Position numbers and translations under genes: made by a program. From an uncultured Actinomycetota bacterium (GTDB lineage Bacteria; Actinomycetota; UBA4738): DNA of 64,000 nt. Below the pieces are notes generated by a model. That model worked only from the letters and a program-made list of their open reading frames with translations. It was not told where the DNA came from and did not search any database. The stretch lies in contig CAWAGG010000006.1 of the NCBI GenBank assembly GCA_963781595.1, forward strand, positions 522,201-586,200, written 5' to 3'. Of this stretch, positions 9,663 to 19,557 are shown in pieces. Positions within the stretch are counted from its first letter, which is position 1. Every line of letters starts with the position of its first letter.

Positions 9663-10720
9663 GGGGCACCACCGCCATCGTCGGTGCCGCGCTTCCGGCG
9701 CCTCCGCCGTCCTCGGCGCCCGCCGGAGCCGTTCGCCGCGGGATCGTCCTCCCCGCTGTCCTCCTCGGCGCTGTGGCCCGTGAGCGCCAGGAACACGTCA
9801 TCGAGGGTCGGCCGGCGCAGCGCGATGTCGGCCACCTTGATCCCGGCCGCGTCGAGGCGCCGGACGACCTCGAACAGCGTCCCGGTCCCGTCGGTCACCG
9901 GCAGCGTGACCTGACCGGACGTGGCGTCGGTCTTCGGGGTGCCCGAACCGAGGCCCCCGACCACGCCCGCCGCGGCAGCAGCCTGCGAACGGTCGGCGAG
10001 GTGGATCTCGACGACCTCGCCCCCGACGCGCTCCTTCAGCTCGTCCGAGGTGCCTTCGGCGATGACCTTCCCGCCATCGACGACGGCGATCGTCGTGGCG
10101 AGCCGGTCCGCCTCCTCCAGGTACTGCGTGGTGAGCAGCACCGTCGTACCTTCGCTGATCAGCTCGCCGATCAGTTCCCATAGGTCCATGCGGCTGCGGG
10201 GGTCGAGCCCGGTCGTCGGCTCGTCGAGGAACAGCACCTCCGGTCGTCCGACCAGGCTCGCCCCGAGGTCGAGGCGCCTGCGCATCCCACCCGAGTACGT
10301 CTTGACGGTTCGGCTGGCGGCGAACGCCAGGCCGAACCGCTCGAGCACCTCGTCCGCCCGCTTTCGGACGGTCGCCCCGTCGAGGTGGTACAGCTTGCCG
10401 ACCATCTCGAGGTTCTCCCGTCCCGTCAGGTTCGGGTCGACCGCGGCCGACTGGCCCGCGAGCCCGATGTGCGAACGCAGCCGGCGCGCGTCCTTGACGA
10501 CGTCGAGCCCGGCCACCGTCGCTCGTCCCGCGTCGGGCGCCAACAGCGTCGTGAGGATCCGCACGGCCGTCGTCTTGCCCGCGCCGTTCGGCCCGAGCAG
10601 CCCGAACACGGTGGCGGGCTGCGCCTCGAAGCTCACGCCGTCCAGGGCGCGCACCTCACCGAAGGACCGCACCAGCCCCTCAGCCAGGATCGCGGGTCCG
10701 TTCGTCATCGTCGTCGGCAT
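9659..10720 (-). CDS. ABC transporter ATP-binding protein (DrrA-like) with acidic/Gly-Arg-rich C-terminal tail
   Basis: Walker A GPNGAGKTT, signature YSGGMRRRL, Walker B LFLDEPTTGLD. Confidence 0.85.
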   Translation of the reverse strand: MPTTMTNGPAILAEGLVRSFGEVRALDGVSFEAQPATVFGLLGPNGAGKTTAVRILTTLLAPDAGRATVAGLDVVKDARRLRSHIGLAGQSAAVDPNLTGRENLEMVGKLYHLDGATVRKRADEVLERFGLAFAASRTVKTYSGGMRRRLDLGASLVGRPEVLFLDEPTTGLDPRSRMDLWELIGELISEGTTVLLTTQYLEEADRLATTIAVVDGGKVIAEGTSDELKERVGGEVVEIHLADRSQAAAAAGVVGGLGSGTPKTDATSGQVTLPVTDGTGTLFEVVRRLDAAGIKVADIALRRPTLDDVFLALTGHSAEEDSGEDDPAANGSGGRRGRRRRRKRGTDDGGGAP

Positions 10721-10779
10721 CCTCGGTTGGTTCCCCGCATGACGCTATCCGAACCACCGCGACCGGCGGAACCTTCCGC

Positions 10780-11610
10780 TCACGCCGAAGTCACCCGCGA
10801 GGCACCCGGCTCGGCCTGGGACAAGCGGTAGGCAGGCCCGGCCCGACTCGCCTCCCCGCGGTCGACGAGCGACTCGAACGCTCGCCGCGCAGCGTCCGCT
10901 CGCCAGCCGAAGGCGTTCCCCAGCTCGTACGGACGGGCGCGGATCATCGTGTCCAGGTATCGCCTCGCCACCCGCAGCGCCGCCGTCTCGGGATCGCGGT
11001 CCTGCCCGACGACGTCGAAGACCCTGGCCGTGAGCTCGAAGACCGAGGACGGCCAGCCGGCCGGCTGCTCTTCGACCCCGAAGTTCGTCACGACCAGGGC
11101 CCTCCCCAGTTCCGACACCGCCCGGTCGAACCGCGTCCTGCCCTTCGGCCCGAACGCCCCGGTGGCCTCGCGCAGGATCGCGGCCGACGTGGGCCCGTTG
11201 AGCAGGAGGATCTCCGCGATCCTGGCCGCGTCCCCGCCGAGTCGCAGGTCGCGGAAGTCGTCGGGCTCGCCCTCCCGCGGGTAGAGATCACGGAGCAGGC
11301 TCGGACCGAGGAACGACTGCCGGCCGCGGACGAACCGGCCGTACCAGGCGAGGCCGCGCTTCGGGAGTTCGTCCTTCCATGCCCAGATCCGTTCGGCGTC
11401 CGGACCCCACCCGTCGAGGCCTCCGAGGCTGGCGCCATGTTCCCTGGTCGCGTCGTGGAGGGACGGCATCGAGCGATCGCGGAGGCCGAACAGCAGCGCG
11501 TATCCCACGTCGTCGACGAAGGCGGCGGCCCGGCCGAGGCTCCGAACCGGTCGCCCGCGCTGCCACCAGCGCCGGGCACGTGCGTCCGACAGAGCACGTT
11601 CGGTGTCCAC
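10780..11610 (-). CDS. Hypothetical protein (possible winged-helix/YcaQ-like DNA-binding fold)
   Basis: 276-aa ORF with coding-like composition; no confidently recognised motif. Confidence 0.4.
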   Translation of the reverse strand: MDTERALSDARARRWWQRGRPVRSLGRAAAFVDDVGYALLFGLRDRSMPSLHDATREHGASLGGLDGWGPDAERIWAWKDELPKRGLAWYGRFVRGRQSFLGPSLLRDLYPREGEPDDFRDLRLGGDAARIAEILLLNGPTSAAILREATGAFGPKGRTRFDRAVSELGRALVVTNFGVEEQPAGWPSSVFELTARVFDVVGQDRDPETAALRVARRYLDTMIRARPYELGNAFGWRADAARRAFESLVDRGEASRAGPAYRLSQAEPGASRVTSA

Positions 11611-11706
11611 GATCAGCCAAGGCTACCGGCCGGGTCGGACGCGCGGAGATGCGAACGGCGAACGCGCGTACCCTCGGTGGGATGGACGCGGCGGTGGCCC
11701 GGATCG

Positions 11707-12324
11707 ATGGATGAGATCGGACTCTTCCCGCTGGACATCGTGCTGCTCCCGGGCGAGCGGATCCCGCTGCACATCTTCGAGGACCGCTACAAGGAGCTGA
11801 TCGCCGAGTGCCTGGAGACGGGCGCCGAGTTCGGCCTGGTGCTCTCCGACGAGGAAGGGGTCAGGACGGTCGGCACGCGAGCGAGCGTGTCCGCGGTGCT
11901 CGAGCGTTTCGACGACGGACGATCGAACATCGCGATCCTGGGCGGGCGGCGCTTCGCGATCGACGCCATCACCGAGGGCCGCTCGTTCGCCACGGCGCGG
12001 GTACGCGGCTACGAGGACGACGCCGACGCCGAAGAGCCCCCGGCGGATGAGGTCTTGCGGTGCCTCGACGCGTTCGGCCGGTTGGCGACGGCCGCCGACG
12101 CCGAACCCGAAGCGCCGGATCACGACGCGTCGAGCCTCGCGTTCGACCTCGCGGGCAGGATCTCCTTCGCGGCCGACGCGAAGCAGGAGCTGCTGGAGAT
12201 GCGCTCGGAGCGATCGCGGGTCCGCCGACTCACCGAGCTGATGGACGCCGCCGAAGGGGCGCTGCGGCGGCGGGCCGCGATCCGGGAGCGAGCCACGGGC
12301 AACGGTCACATGACCGACGAGTGA
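11707..12324 (+). CDS. LON N-terminal substrate-binding domain protein
   Basis: MDEIGLFPLDIVLLPGERIPLHIFEDRYKELI matches Lon N-domain; 205 aa. Confidence 0.7.
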   Translation: MDEIGLFPLDIVLLPGERIPLHIFEDRYKELIAECLETGAEFGLVLSDEEGVRTVGTRASVSAVLERFDDGRSNIAILGGRRFAIDAITEGRSFATARVRGYEDDADAEEPPADEVLRCLDAFGRLATAADAEPEAPDHDASSLAFDLAGRISFAADAKQELLEMRSERSRVRRLTELMDAAEGALRRRAAIRERATGNGHMTDE

Positions 12325-12460
12325 GCGCGTCGACGGAAGCGACCGCCGGGTCCGCGCGTCGCGCCACAGAAGCGCAACGCTCCGCGGGGAGGTTCTCAGC
12401 GCTCTCTTAGGTTGCACCATAAGACTCCCGACAGTTGTCGAAACGAGGAGGCGGCTTTCA

Positions 12461-14011
12461 GTGCAAGACGACGGGAACGACCAGGGCAGCTCGTCGGCCG
12501 ACCAGCCGACCGCTCCGAACGATCCGACCGGTCCGATCGACCCGATCGCTCCGAGCGTTCCGACCGATCCGCACGCGACCCCCTTCCCCGGTCGCGTGTC
12601 GGAGCCGGTCGGGGACACCCTTTCCACCCAACAGCTCCCCATCGGAGGCGTGCCCCCGATGCCGCCCCCCATGCCGCCGCCCCCATCGGTGCGGTGGGAG
12701 CAAGAGGGTCCGCGCGCGCCAGAGCCGGGTCCGGCGCAGCCGCAACCGCAGGGCCCGGAGCCCCGTGATCCGGAGCCGCCGGCAGCGGTATGGGGCTCCT
12801 CGCAGGGATCCCAGTCGTGGGATCCGAGTCAGCAGGCCACGTGGCAGCCGCGGGCGACCCCCGTCGCGACGGAGCGGCCACGCCGCCGGGTGTGGCCCGT
12901 GCTCGTGGCCGTGGTGCTCGCTTCGGCGCTGATCGGCGGAGGGCTCGGCTACGGCCTGTCGAGGGGCGGCTCGAACGCCGCCGCGGACAAGGCGATCACG
13001 CTCGTCGAAGGGACGCAGGCGGCCCCCGCGTCGAACGCCGCGCAGATGGTCGCGCGCGTCCTGCCGTCCGTGGTCAACATCCGTGTGACCGTCCTGTCGA
13101 CCGATCCGCTCGGCGGCCAGACCAGCGGCCAGGCGGAAGGCTCCGGCGTCGTGCTGTCCAAGAACGGACTGATCGTGACGAACGCACATGTCGTGTCCGG
13201 CGCGACCAGCGTGAAGGTGGTCTTCACGGACGGTCACGCCTCGCTCGACGGCACGGTGCTCGGCGTCGACACCGTGCACGACCTCGCGGTCGTGAAGGTG
13301 GACGCGAACGACCTCGATCCGGTCACGATCGGCCACTCCAAGACGCTGAAGCTGGTCGATGACGTATACGCGATCGGCTTCCCGCTCGACCTCGGCCCGA
13401 CGGTGACCCGGGGCGTCATCTCCGGACTCAACCGGACGATCGACGTGAGCCGTCCGGACGGCACCTCCGAGCACCTCGAGGGCATGCTCCAGACGGACGC
13501 CGCGATCAATCCCGGGAACTCCGGCGGCGCATTGATCGACGGGGCCGGCCAGCTGGTCGGGATCAACACGGCCGGCGCCCAGGCGAGCCAGGCCGAGAAC
13601 GTCGGGTTCGCGATCGCGATCGACGGCGCGATCCCGATCGTCCGCTCGCTCGCCGAAGGGAACTCCCCGCCCTCGGGCGGCACCGGGACCGTCACCGACA
13701 CGGCATGGCTCGGTGTCTCGGTCGAACCCGTCGACAGTGACACCGTCGACGCCCGCTACGGCGTGCCCGCCGGGACGCGCGGCGCAGGGGTCGTCGAGGT
13801 CGTGGCCGGCGGACCGTCGGTTCAGGCCGGGATCAAGGTCGGAGACGTGATCGTGAGCGTCGGCGGTGAGTCCGTCACCTCGCTGTCCGAGCTCCACGCA
13901 GCGGTCGCGTCCCACAAGCCGGGCGAGCGGGTCGATGTGTCGCTGGTCTCGCCGGATGGAACGCGCACCGTCACGGTCACGCTCGGAACGCGTCCCGCGA
14001 ACCTCGGGTAG
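12461..14011 (+). CDS. HtrA/DegP-family trypsin-like serine protease with PDZ domain and Pro-rich N-terminal region
   Basis: GAGGAG RBS before GTG; catalytic triad context (TNAHVV, HDLAVVKV, GNSGGAL); C-terminal PDZ; TM segment after Pro-rich linker. Confidence 0.85.
   Translation: MQDDGNDQGSSSADQPTAPNDPTGPIDPIAPSVPTDPHATPFPGRVSEPVGDTLSTQQLPIGGVPPMPPPMPPPPSVRWEQEGPRAPEPGPAQPQPQGPEPRDPEPPAAVWGSSQGSQSWDPSQQATWQPRATPVATERPRRRVWPVLVAVVLASALIGGGLGYGLSRGGSNAAADKAITLVEGTQAAPASNAAQMVARVLPSVVNIRVTVLSTDPLGGQTSGQAEGSGVVLSKNGLIVTNAHVVSGATSVKVVFTDGHASLDGTVLGVDTVHDLAVVKVDANDLDPVTIGHSKTLKLVDDVYAIGFPLDLGPTVTRGVISGLNRTIDVSRPDGTSEHLEGMLQTDAAINPGNSGGALIDGAGQLVGINTAGAQASQAENVGFAIAIDGAIPIVRSLAEGNSPPSGGTGTVTDTAWLGVSVEPVDSDTVDARYGVPAGTRGAGVVEVVAGGPSVQAGIKVGDVIVSVGGESVTSLSELHAAVASHKPGERVDVSLVSPDGTRTVTVTLGTRPANLG
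12506..12580 (+). repeat. Imperfect 9-nt tandem repeat (CCGAYCGNT x about 8) encoding P-x-x/PxDP tripeptide repeats in HtrA N-terminus
   Basis: ccgaacgat ccgaccggt ccgatcgac ccgatcgct ccgagcgtt ccgaccgat ccgcacgcg. Confidence 0.6.
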
Positions 14012-14024
14012 GTCCGCGGGTCCT

Positions 14025-14065
14025 CGAGGGGCCGGGCCGGCCCCCCTTCTCGGCCCGGCCCCCTC
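14025..14065. terminator. GC-rich hairpin between convergent htrA-like and AKR genes (putative bidirectional intrinsic terminator, no U-tract)
   Basis: GAGGGGCCGGGCCGG-loop-CGGCCCGGCCCCCTC near-perfect inverted repeat. Confidence 0.45.
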
Positions 14066-14105
14066 TCCCCCTCCGACCGCGCCACTCGGGGCGCGATCGG
14101 ACGTT

Positions 14106-14912
14106 TCAGCCTTCGGCCAGCCGGCTCACGAGCGCTCGCTCGTCCGGACCGAACCAGGGCGGCACGCCGGCAGCGGCGTTCGCCCGAGCGTGCGCCGGGT
14201 CCCGGGTCGCGGGGATCGCGGCGTGGACCCGCGGGTCGGACAAGATCCACTTCAGCACGGCGCCGGTCCAATCGGTCACACCGAACGCCTCGAGGACGGT
14301 GAACGCCTCGGGACCCGGCCCAGGGAGCAGATCGCGTTCACCGAACGGCCGCATCGCGAGCACCCCGAGTCCGAGCTCGGCGGCGAGGGGAAGGATCCGA
14401 CGTTCGACGTCGCGCTCGAGCGGGTTGTACGGGATCTGGACCGCCTGGATCCGCCCGGTCCGCATCACCGCTTCGAGCTCGTCGAACGCTCCGGCGTTCC
14501 AATGCGTCGCGCCGATCGCTCCGATCCGGCCGTCCTCACGCTCACCTTCCATCCACGCGAGGTGATCCCGCCAGGACACGAGGTTGTGGATCTGTTCGAG
14601 ATCGACGCGTCCGCCGAACCATCCCAGCTGATCGGCGAACTGCCGCCGACCGACTTCGACGGACGGGTCCCAGATCTTCGTCGCGACGACCGCCTGGTCG
14701 CGGCGCGGGCCCAGCGCGCGGCCCAGGACGCGTTCGGCGCGACCGTACATCGGCGACGAATCGACCAGCCGCGTCCCGGCGTCGAACGCCGCGGCGACGA
14801 CCTCGTCGGCGACCTCCTGCTGGCGCGGCGGGACATCGAACACCATCCACGTGCCGAGGCCCACCACGGGGACCTCCAGCCCGCTCGACGACCCGAACGC
14901 CCGCCGCTCCAT
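14106..14912 (-). CDS. Aldo/keto reductase
   Basis: MERRAFGSSSGLEVPVVGLGTWMVFD start typical of AKR; upstream ORF extension is Arg/Gly-rich junk. Confidence 0.75.
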   Translation of the reverse strand: MERRAFGSSSGLEVPVVGLGTWMVFDVPPRQQEVADEVVAAAFDAGTRLVDSSPMYGRAERVLGRALGPRRDQAVVATKIWDPSVEVGRRQFADQLGWFGGRVDLEQIHNLVSWRDHLAWMEGEREDGRIGAIGATHWNAGAFDELEAVMRTGRIQAVQIPYNPLERDVERRILPLAAELGLGVLAMRPFGERDLLPGPGPEAFTVLEAFGVTDWTGAVLKWILSDPRVHAAIPATRDPAHARANAAAGVPPWFGPDERALVSRLAEG

Positions 14913-14953
14913 CCCGCGGCCCTCCGCGGCCACGGACCCGCGATCGCCGGGGC

Positions 14954-15763
14954 TCACAGCATCCGCGCCATCTGCCGCGAGAGCGCGACCAGCCGTCCCG
15001 TGGAATCCCAGATCTCGCCGTCCTCCTCGAGGTAGCCGTCGATCAGGTACCGGGTCCGGAAGCGGCATCGGAGCCACCCCGGCGCCGGCCGCGTACGCAC
15101 GTGCACGGTCAGCTCGATCGTCGGGACCCAGGACGACGGCGCCAGGTTGAAGACCGACGGCGGGAAGGCGTCCGACATCAGCGGCAGGCACGCGGGATCC
15201 GGTTCTCGCCCATCGGCGAAGCGGATCCACCCGGAGGCTTCGGCCACCCCGCTCGGCCCGGTCGTCGCCCAGGCCGCGGTTCCCGGCGTCAGCCGCATGT
15301 CGAACTGCTGGAGGAACTCGGGTGCGTTCGGGCCGACCGCCGCGACGCACCCGTCGGGAGGCGGGAACTCGGGCCGGTCGGCTTGGATCGACGTCGGACC
15401 GTGGATCGCATCGAGGTCGCCGTAGGTCGCCGTGACGAGCACCCGAGGCGTCCCGCTCTGCGCGAGGGTCGCTCGAGCCGTGGACGAACCGCGACCGACG
15501 CGCATCACCTCCGCGGCGACCTCGGCCGGACCGTTCTCGGTTCGGCTCGTGTAGTGCGCCGACACGGCGAACGGGTGCGGATGCGGAAGCTCACGCCCGA
15601 TCGCCGAGAGCGCGACCGACAGGAGGTACCCGCCGTTCGGCGCGCCCGCGATGTTCCACCGTGGCTCGATGACAGCGCCGTAGCGCCCCTCGCCGATCGG
15701 CTCGACCGAGACGCCACGATCGAACGCCCACGGGGCGGCGTCGGTCGGATCGGGCGTGACCAC
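14954..15763 (-). CDS. Acyl-CoA thioesterase-like (double hotdog) family protein
   Basis: 269 aa; thioesterase-II-like pattern; weak. Confidence 0.55.
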   Translation of the reverse strand: MVTPDPTDAAPWAFDRGVSVEPIGEGRYGAVIEPRWNIAGAPNGGYLLSVALSAIGRELPHPHPFAVSAHYTSRTENGPAEVAAEVMRVGRGSSTARATLAQSGTPRVLVTATYGDLDAIHGPTSIQADRPEFPPPDGCVAAVGPNAPEFLQQFDMRLTPGTAAWATTGPSGVAEASGWIRFADGREPDPACLPLMSDAFPPSVFNLAPSSWVPTIELTVHVRTRPAPGWLRCRFRTRYLIDGYLEEDGEIWDSTGRLVALSRQMARML

Positions 15764-15927
15764 CCGCCCATGCTAGCCAGGATGCGCTGATAGACTCTGC
15801 CGGCCATGAGACTCCTGGGCTGACATCCCTCGCGACCAGCGGACCATCGCGCCTGAGCGCGCCGTCCGGCTCTCCGGTCGCGCCAGCCGATCCGATCCGT
15901 TCACCCGATCGTCGAGGAAGCCGTCTC

Positions 15928-17193
15928 ATGAACGAACGACCGACCCCTCCACGCACCGCGATCCGCACGATCGCGCTCGCGCGCGCGATCTCCTTCGCCG
16001 GCGGCTCGGCCGCCTTCATGGCGCTGAACTTCGACATCTACCGGATCACGGGTTCCGCCGGCTGGCTCGCCGCGACGCTGTTCCTGACCTTCGGCGTGGT
16101 GGGCCTGGCGGGCCCGGTCGCCGGGACGATCGGGGACCGGTTCGACCGCAGGCGCGTGATGATCGGGTCCGACCTGTCGGCGGCCGCGCTGTTCCTCGCC
16201 ATGGCGTTCGTCCACGCGCCCGCGCCGCTGCTGGCACTGGCGTTCGGATCGGCACTCGCGGAGTCGCCGTTCCGCGCGGCATCCGCCGCGGCGATCCCGA
16301 ACCTCGTGGGCGACGAGGCCCAGCTGGGCTGGGCGAACGGCATGGTCGCCCTCGGCAGGAACGCGGGGATCCTCCTCGGGCCCCTGATCGGCGGCGTCCT
16401 CGCGAGCGCGTTCAGCGCGCAGGCGGTGTTCGCCGCGAACGCGGTTTCGTTCGTCCTGTCGGCGGCGCTCGTGGCGACGGTCCACGGCCGGTTCCGTGAC
16501 GATCCGTCGCAGGGCGGCCGGTCCGACGAGCACCCCGGCGTGTTGGCGGGGTTCCGCCTCCTGTTGCGGGACCGCGTGCTCCGGACCATCGCGTTCGCCT
16601 TGGTCGCGATCGTCCTCGGCGGGAGCGTGAGCGTAGTCGCAGACGTTCCCCTCGCGACGCTGTTCGGTGTCGGAGCCTTGGGGTACGGCCTCATGATCGC
16701 CGCGTGGGGAGGTGGATCGATCCTCGGTTCGCTCGCCGGCAGATGGGTGAACGAACGCAACGAGCCGCAGGTGCTCGTCGTCGGTGCGCTGGCGCTCGCG
16801 CTGGGGAGCGTCGCCATCGCGGCCTCGCCCACGTTCTGGCCGGTCGTCGTCGCCATCCTGATCGCGGGGTTCGGCGACGCCTTCATGGAGGTGGCGGACC
16901 AGAGCATGTTCCAGCGCAGGACCCCGGACGCGGTCCGCGGCCGCGTGATGGCTGCGGAGGACACGCTGGTCCAGGTCACGATGGCCGCCATGTTCCTCGT
17001 TTCGGGGCTGGTGGTCGCGGTCGTCGGGGCGCGCGGGGCCTACCTCGTCGCGGGCGCCACGGCCTTCGTGGCGGTCGCGCTGTTGTTCCCGGTGCGCCGG
17101 TGGATCGCGCGCGAGCGCCGTGACGCCGAGCGCCCGCAGGTCGCCACGAACGAGCCGGTCGCCGAGCACGCCGCACGGACGTCGAACCTATGA
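15928..17193 (+). CDS. MFS transporter
   Basis: 12 TM, GDRFDRRRVMIG motif A-like loop. Confidence 0.8.
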   Translation: MNERPTPPRTAIRTIALARAISFAGGSAAFMALNFDIYRITGSAGWLAATLFLTFGVVGLAGPVAGTIGDRFDRRRVMIGSDLSAAALFLAMAFVHAPAPLLALAFGSALAESPFRAASAAAIPNLVGDEAQLGWANGMVALGRNAGILLGPLIGGVLASAFSAQAVFAANAVSFVLSAALVATVHGRFRDDPSQGGRSDEHPGVLAGFRLLLRDRVLRTIAFALVAIVLGGSVSVVADVPLATLFGVGALGYGLMIAAWGGGSILGSLAGRWVNERNEPQVLVVGALALALGSVAIAASPTFWPVVVAILIAGFGDAFMEVADQSMFQRRTPDAVRGRVMAAEDTLVQVTMAAMFLVSGLVVAVVGARGAYLVAGATAFVAVALLFPVRRWIARERRDAERPQVATNEPVAEHAARTSNL

Positions 17194-17203
17194 TGGCCGG
17201 ACG

Positions 17204-17788
17204 ATGCGGATCGCGATCGCGCTGTTCCACGACGTCGAGGAGCTGGACTTCGCGGGCCCCTGGGAGGTGCTGTCCTGGTGGGCGCGCGAGTACCCGGACG
17301 ACGGCGTCGAGGTGTTCACCGTCGCCGACGAGGTCGAACCGATCACGTGCGCGAAGGGCCTCCGCGTGCTGCCGGATCGCGAGTGGCGGGACGCCGGCGC
17401 CGTCGACGTCCTGATCTACCCGGGCGGGTTCGGAACCCGGCGTCAGCTCGGTGACGAAGGGGTGCGCGCGCGGATCCGGGGCATCGCGGGATCCGGCGCG
17501 TTGATGACGAGCGTCTGCACGGGCGCGCTCGTCTACGCCGACGCCGGCCTGCTGGACGGGCGCGCGGCGACGACGCACTGGGGCTCGCTGGACCGGCTGG
17601 CCGCGCTCGGCGACGGGATTGACGTCCGGCCCGACGAGCGGTTCGTCGACACGGGCGACGTGATCACGGCCGCGGGCGTCAGCGCCGGGATCGACATGGC
17701 CCTGCACCTCGTGGCCCGCCTGCACTCGGTCGAACGCGCGAAGGAGATCCGCCGCGGCATCCAGTACGACCCCGAACCACCGGTCTGA
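17204..17788 (+). CDS. DJ-1/PfpI family protein
   Basis: MRIAIALFHDVEELDF...SVCTGALV (nucleophile Cys elbow). Confidence 0.8.
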   Translation: MRIAIALFHDVEELDFAGPWEVLSWWAREYPDDGVEVFTVADEVEPITCAKGLRVLPDREWRDAGAVDVLIYPGGFGTRRQLGDEGVRARIRGIAGSGALMTSVCTGALVYADAGLLDGRAATTHWGSLDRLAALGDGIDVRPDERFVDTGDVITAAGVSAGIDMALHLVARLHSVERAKEIRRGIQYDPEPPV

Positions 17789-17806
17789 CGAGGGAGCGGG
17801 AACGCG

Positions 17807-18133
17807 ATGGAGCTGTTCGACGTTGATGAGCTTCGGGCAGGCATGCGGCCGGGGACGGTCGAGTACCTGGAGTTCCTCCGGGTGGACGCGATGAGCGCCG
17901 GACTGTACCGGTTGCCGGCCGGCTCGCGCGACCCGCAATCGCCCCACCAGGAGGACGAGGTCTACGTCGTGACCGAGGGACGAGGGGTGCTCATGATCGA
18001 TGGCGAACGACGACCGATCGGACCCGGATCGGTGGCGTTCGTCGCGGCGCACGCGGAGCACCGGTTCGAGGACATCGCGGAGGACCTGGTCGCCGTCGTG
18101 TTCTTCGCGCCGCCCGAGTCGTCCGGGTCGTAA
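17807..18133 (+). CDS. Cupin domain protein
   Basis: 108 aa; cupin motifs (HQEDEVYVVTEG ... AFVAAHAEH). Confidence 0.7.
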   Translation: MELFDVDELRAGMRPGTVEYLEFLRVDAMSAGLYRLPAGSRDPQSPHQEDEVYVVTEGRGVLMIDGERRPIGPGSVAFVAAHAEHRFEDIAEDLVAVVFFAPPESSGS

Positions 18134-18181
18134 AGACACCTTACGAACGCCGAACGCGAACGATCGAAGGAGGAGACGAAC

Positions 18182-18589
18182 ATGGAAGAGACGATCCCCA
18201 CCACCGAGGAGGAATGGCGCCGCCGGCTGACGCCCGAGCAGTTCGACGTGCTCCGGGGCAAGGGCACCGAACGCGCGTTCACCGGCAGGTACTGGAACGA
18301 GCACGCGGACGGCGTCTACCGATGCGCGGGGTGCGGCGCGGAGCTGTTCGATTCGACGACGAAGTTCGACTCCGGGACCGGCTGGCCGAGCTTCACCGAG
18401 CCCGCGGTCCGGGAGGCGGTCGAACTCCACACGGACACCAGCTACGGCATGGTCCGGACGGAGGTCACGTGCCGCCGGTGCGGTGGCCACATGGGTCACG
18501 TGTTCGACGACGGCCCGGGGCCGACCGGCCAGCGGTACTGCATCAACTCGTGTTCCCTCGACCTGGACGGCGCTCGGAGCGACGCCTGA
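18182..18589 (+). CDS. msrB: Peptide-methionine (R)-S-oxide reductase MsrB
   Basis: CxxC...CxxC zinc site ([25 protein letters not shown]), RYCINS catalytic Cys. Confidence 0.9.
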   Translation: MEETIPTTEEEWRRRLTPEQFDVLRGKGTERAFTGRYWNEHADGVYRCAGCGAELFDSTTKFDSGTGWPSFTEPAVREAVELHTDTSYGMVRTEVTCRRCGGHMGHVFDDGPGPTGQRYCINSCSLDLDGARSDA

Positions 18590-19527
18590 TGAAGGCGGTG
18601 CGGCTGCACGCGTTCGGCGAGCCGCTCCGGCTCGACGACGTCGCCGAACCCGATCCGGGGGAGGGCGAGGTCCTGTTCGAGGTCGGGTTCGTCGGGGTGA
18701 ACCCGCTCGATCTGTGGGTGACGGACGGGACGGTGGCGGGCGGCTCGCAACGGCTGCCCTTCGTGCCCGGCTCCGAGGCGTCGGGAACGGTTGATGGGCG
18801 AGCGGTCGTCGTGCGCGGTGGCGGCGTCGGCACGGCACGCGGCGGGCTGTACGCCGAGCGCGCGGCCGTGCCGGCGGACACGGTCGTGGAGATCCCCGAA
18901 GGTTTGGACCCGCGACAGGCCGCCGGCCTCGGGATCGCTGGTGAGACCGCCTGGCGCCTCGTCAACGACGTGGCCGGCGTCAGGCCCGAAGATCGGGTCC
19001 TCGTGCTCGGCGCGAGCGGCGGGGTGGGGTCCCTCACCGTGCAGCTCGCGAAGGCGACCGGCGCGGCGGTGTTCGGACAGACCTCCTCCCCGGAGAAGGT
19101 GGACTTCGTCCGGGAGATGGGCGCGGACGAGGCCCTCGTCGTCGACGCGACCGGATTGACCGACGCGACGAAGGAGTGGGCCCCGACGGTGGTGATCGAT
19201 CCGCTCGCGGACGGTTACACGAACGCGGCGGTCGCCGCGATGGCGCCGTTCGGCCGCTTGGTTCTCTACGGAGCATCCGCGGGTCCGACCACGGATGGGT
19301 TCGACCTGCGCGCGCTGTACCGCAAGTCGGTCGACCTGCTCACCTACAGCGGAACGATGGAGAAGCAGGAGTGGGTCCGCGAGGGCGTTCGGCACGCCCT
19401 GGATGCGGCGGCGCGCGGCGAGCTGCGCCTCCAGATCGACGAGGTTCTGCCCCTCGAGCGCGCGCAGGAGGCGCACGAGCGGATCCGGCAGCGGCGGGTG
19501 CGCGGGAAGCTGCTCCTCCAACCCTGA
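18589..19527 (+). CDS. Zn-dependent/quinone oxidoreductase (MDR superfamily)
   Basis: [12 protein letters not shown]...; NAD(P) fold VLVLGASGGVGSLTVQLAK; start overlaps msrB stop (TGATG). Confidence 0.8.
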   Translation: MKAVRLHAFGEPLRLDDVAEPDPGEGEVLFEVGFVGVNPLDLWVTDGTVAGGSQRLPFVPGSEASGTVDGRAVVVRGGGVGTARGGLYAERAAVPADTVVEIPEGLDPRQAAGLGIAGETAWRLVNDVAGVRPEDRVLVLGASGGVGSLTVQLAKATGAAVFGQTSSPEKVDFVREMGADEALVVDATGLTDATKEWAPTVVIDPLADGYTNAAVAAMAPFGRLVLYGASAGPTTDGFDLRALYRKSVDLLTYSGTMEKQEWVREGVRHALDAAARGELRLQIDEVLPLERAQEAHERIRQRRVRGKLLLQP

Positions 19528-19557
19528 GGCGGCCGCGGCCCAACGTATGCTCCGCGC

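Noticed and set aside
12458-13915. 485-aa ORF antisense to the HtrA gene
   Set aside because: No motifs, Arg/Gly-rich; the sense strand has a catalytic triad and a PDZ domain
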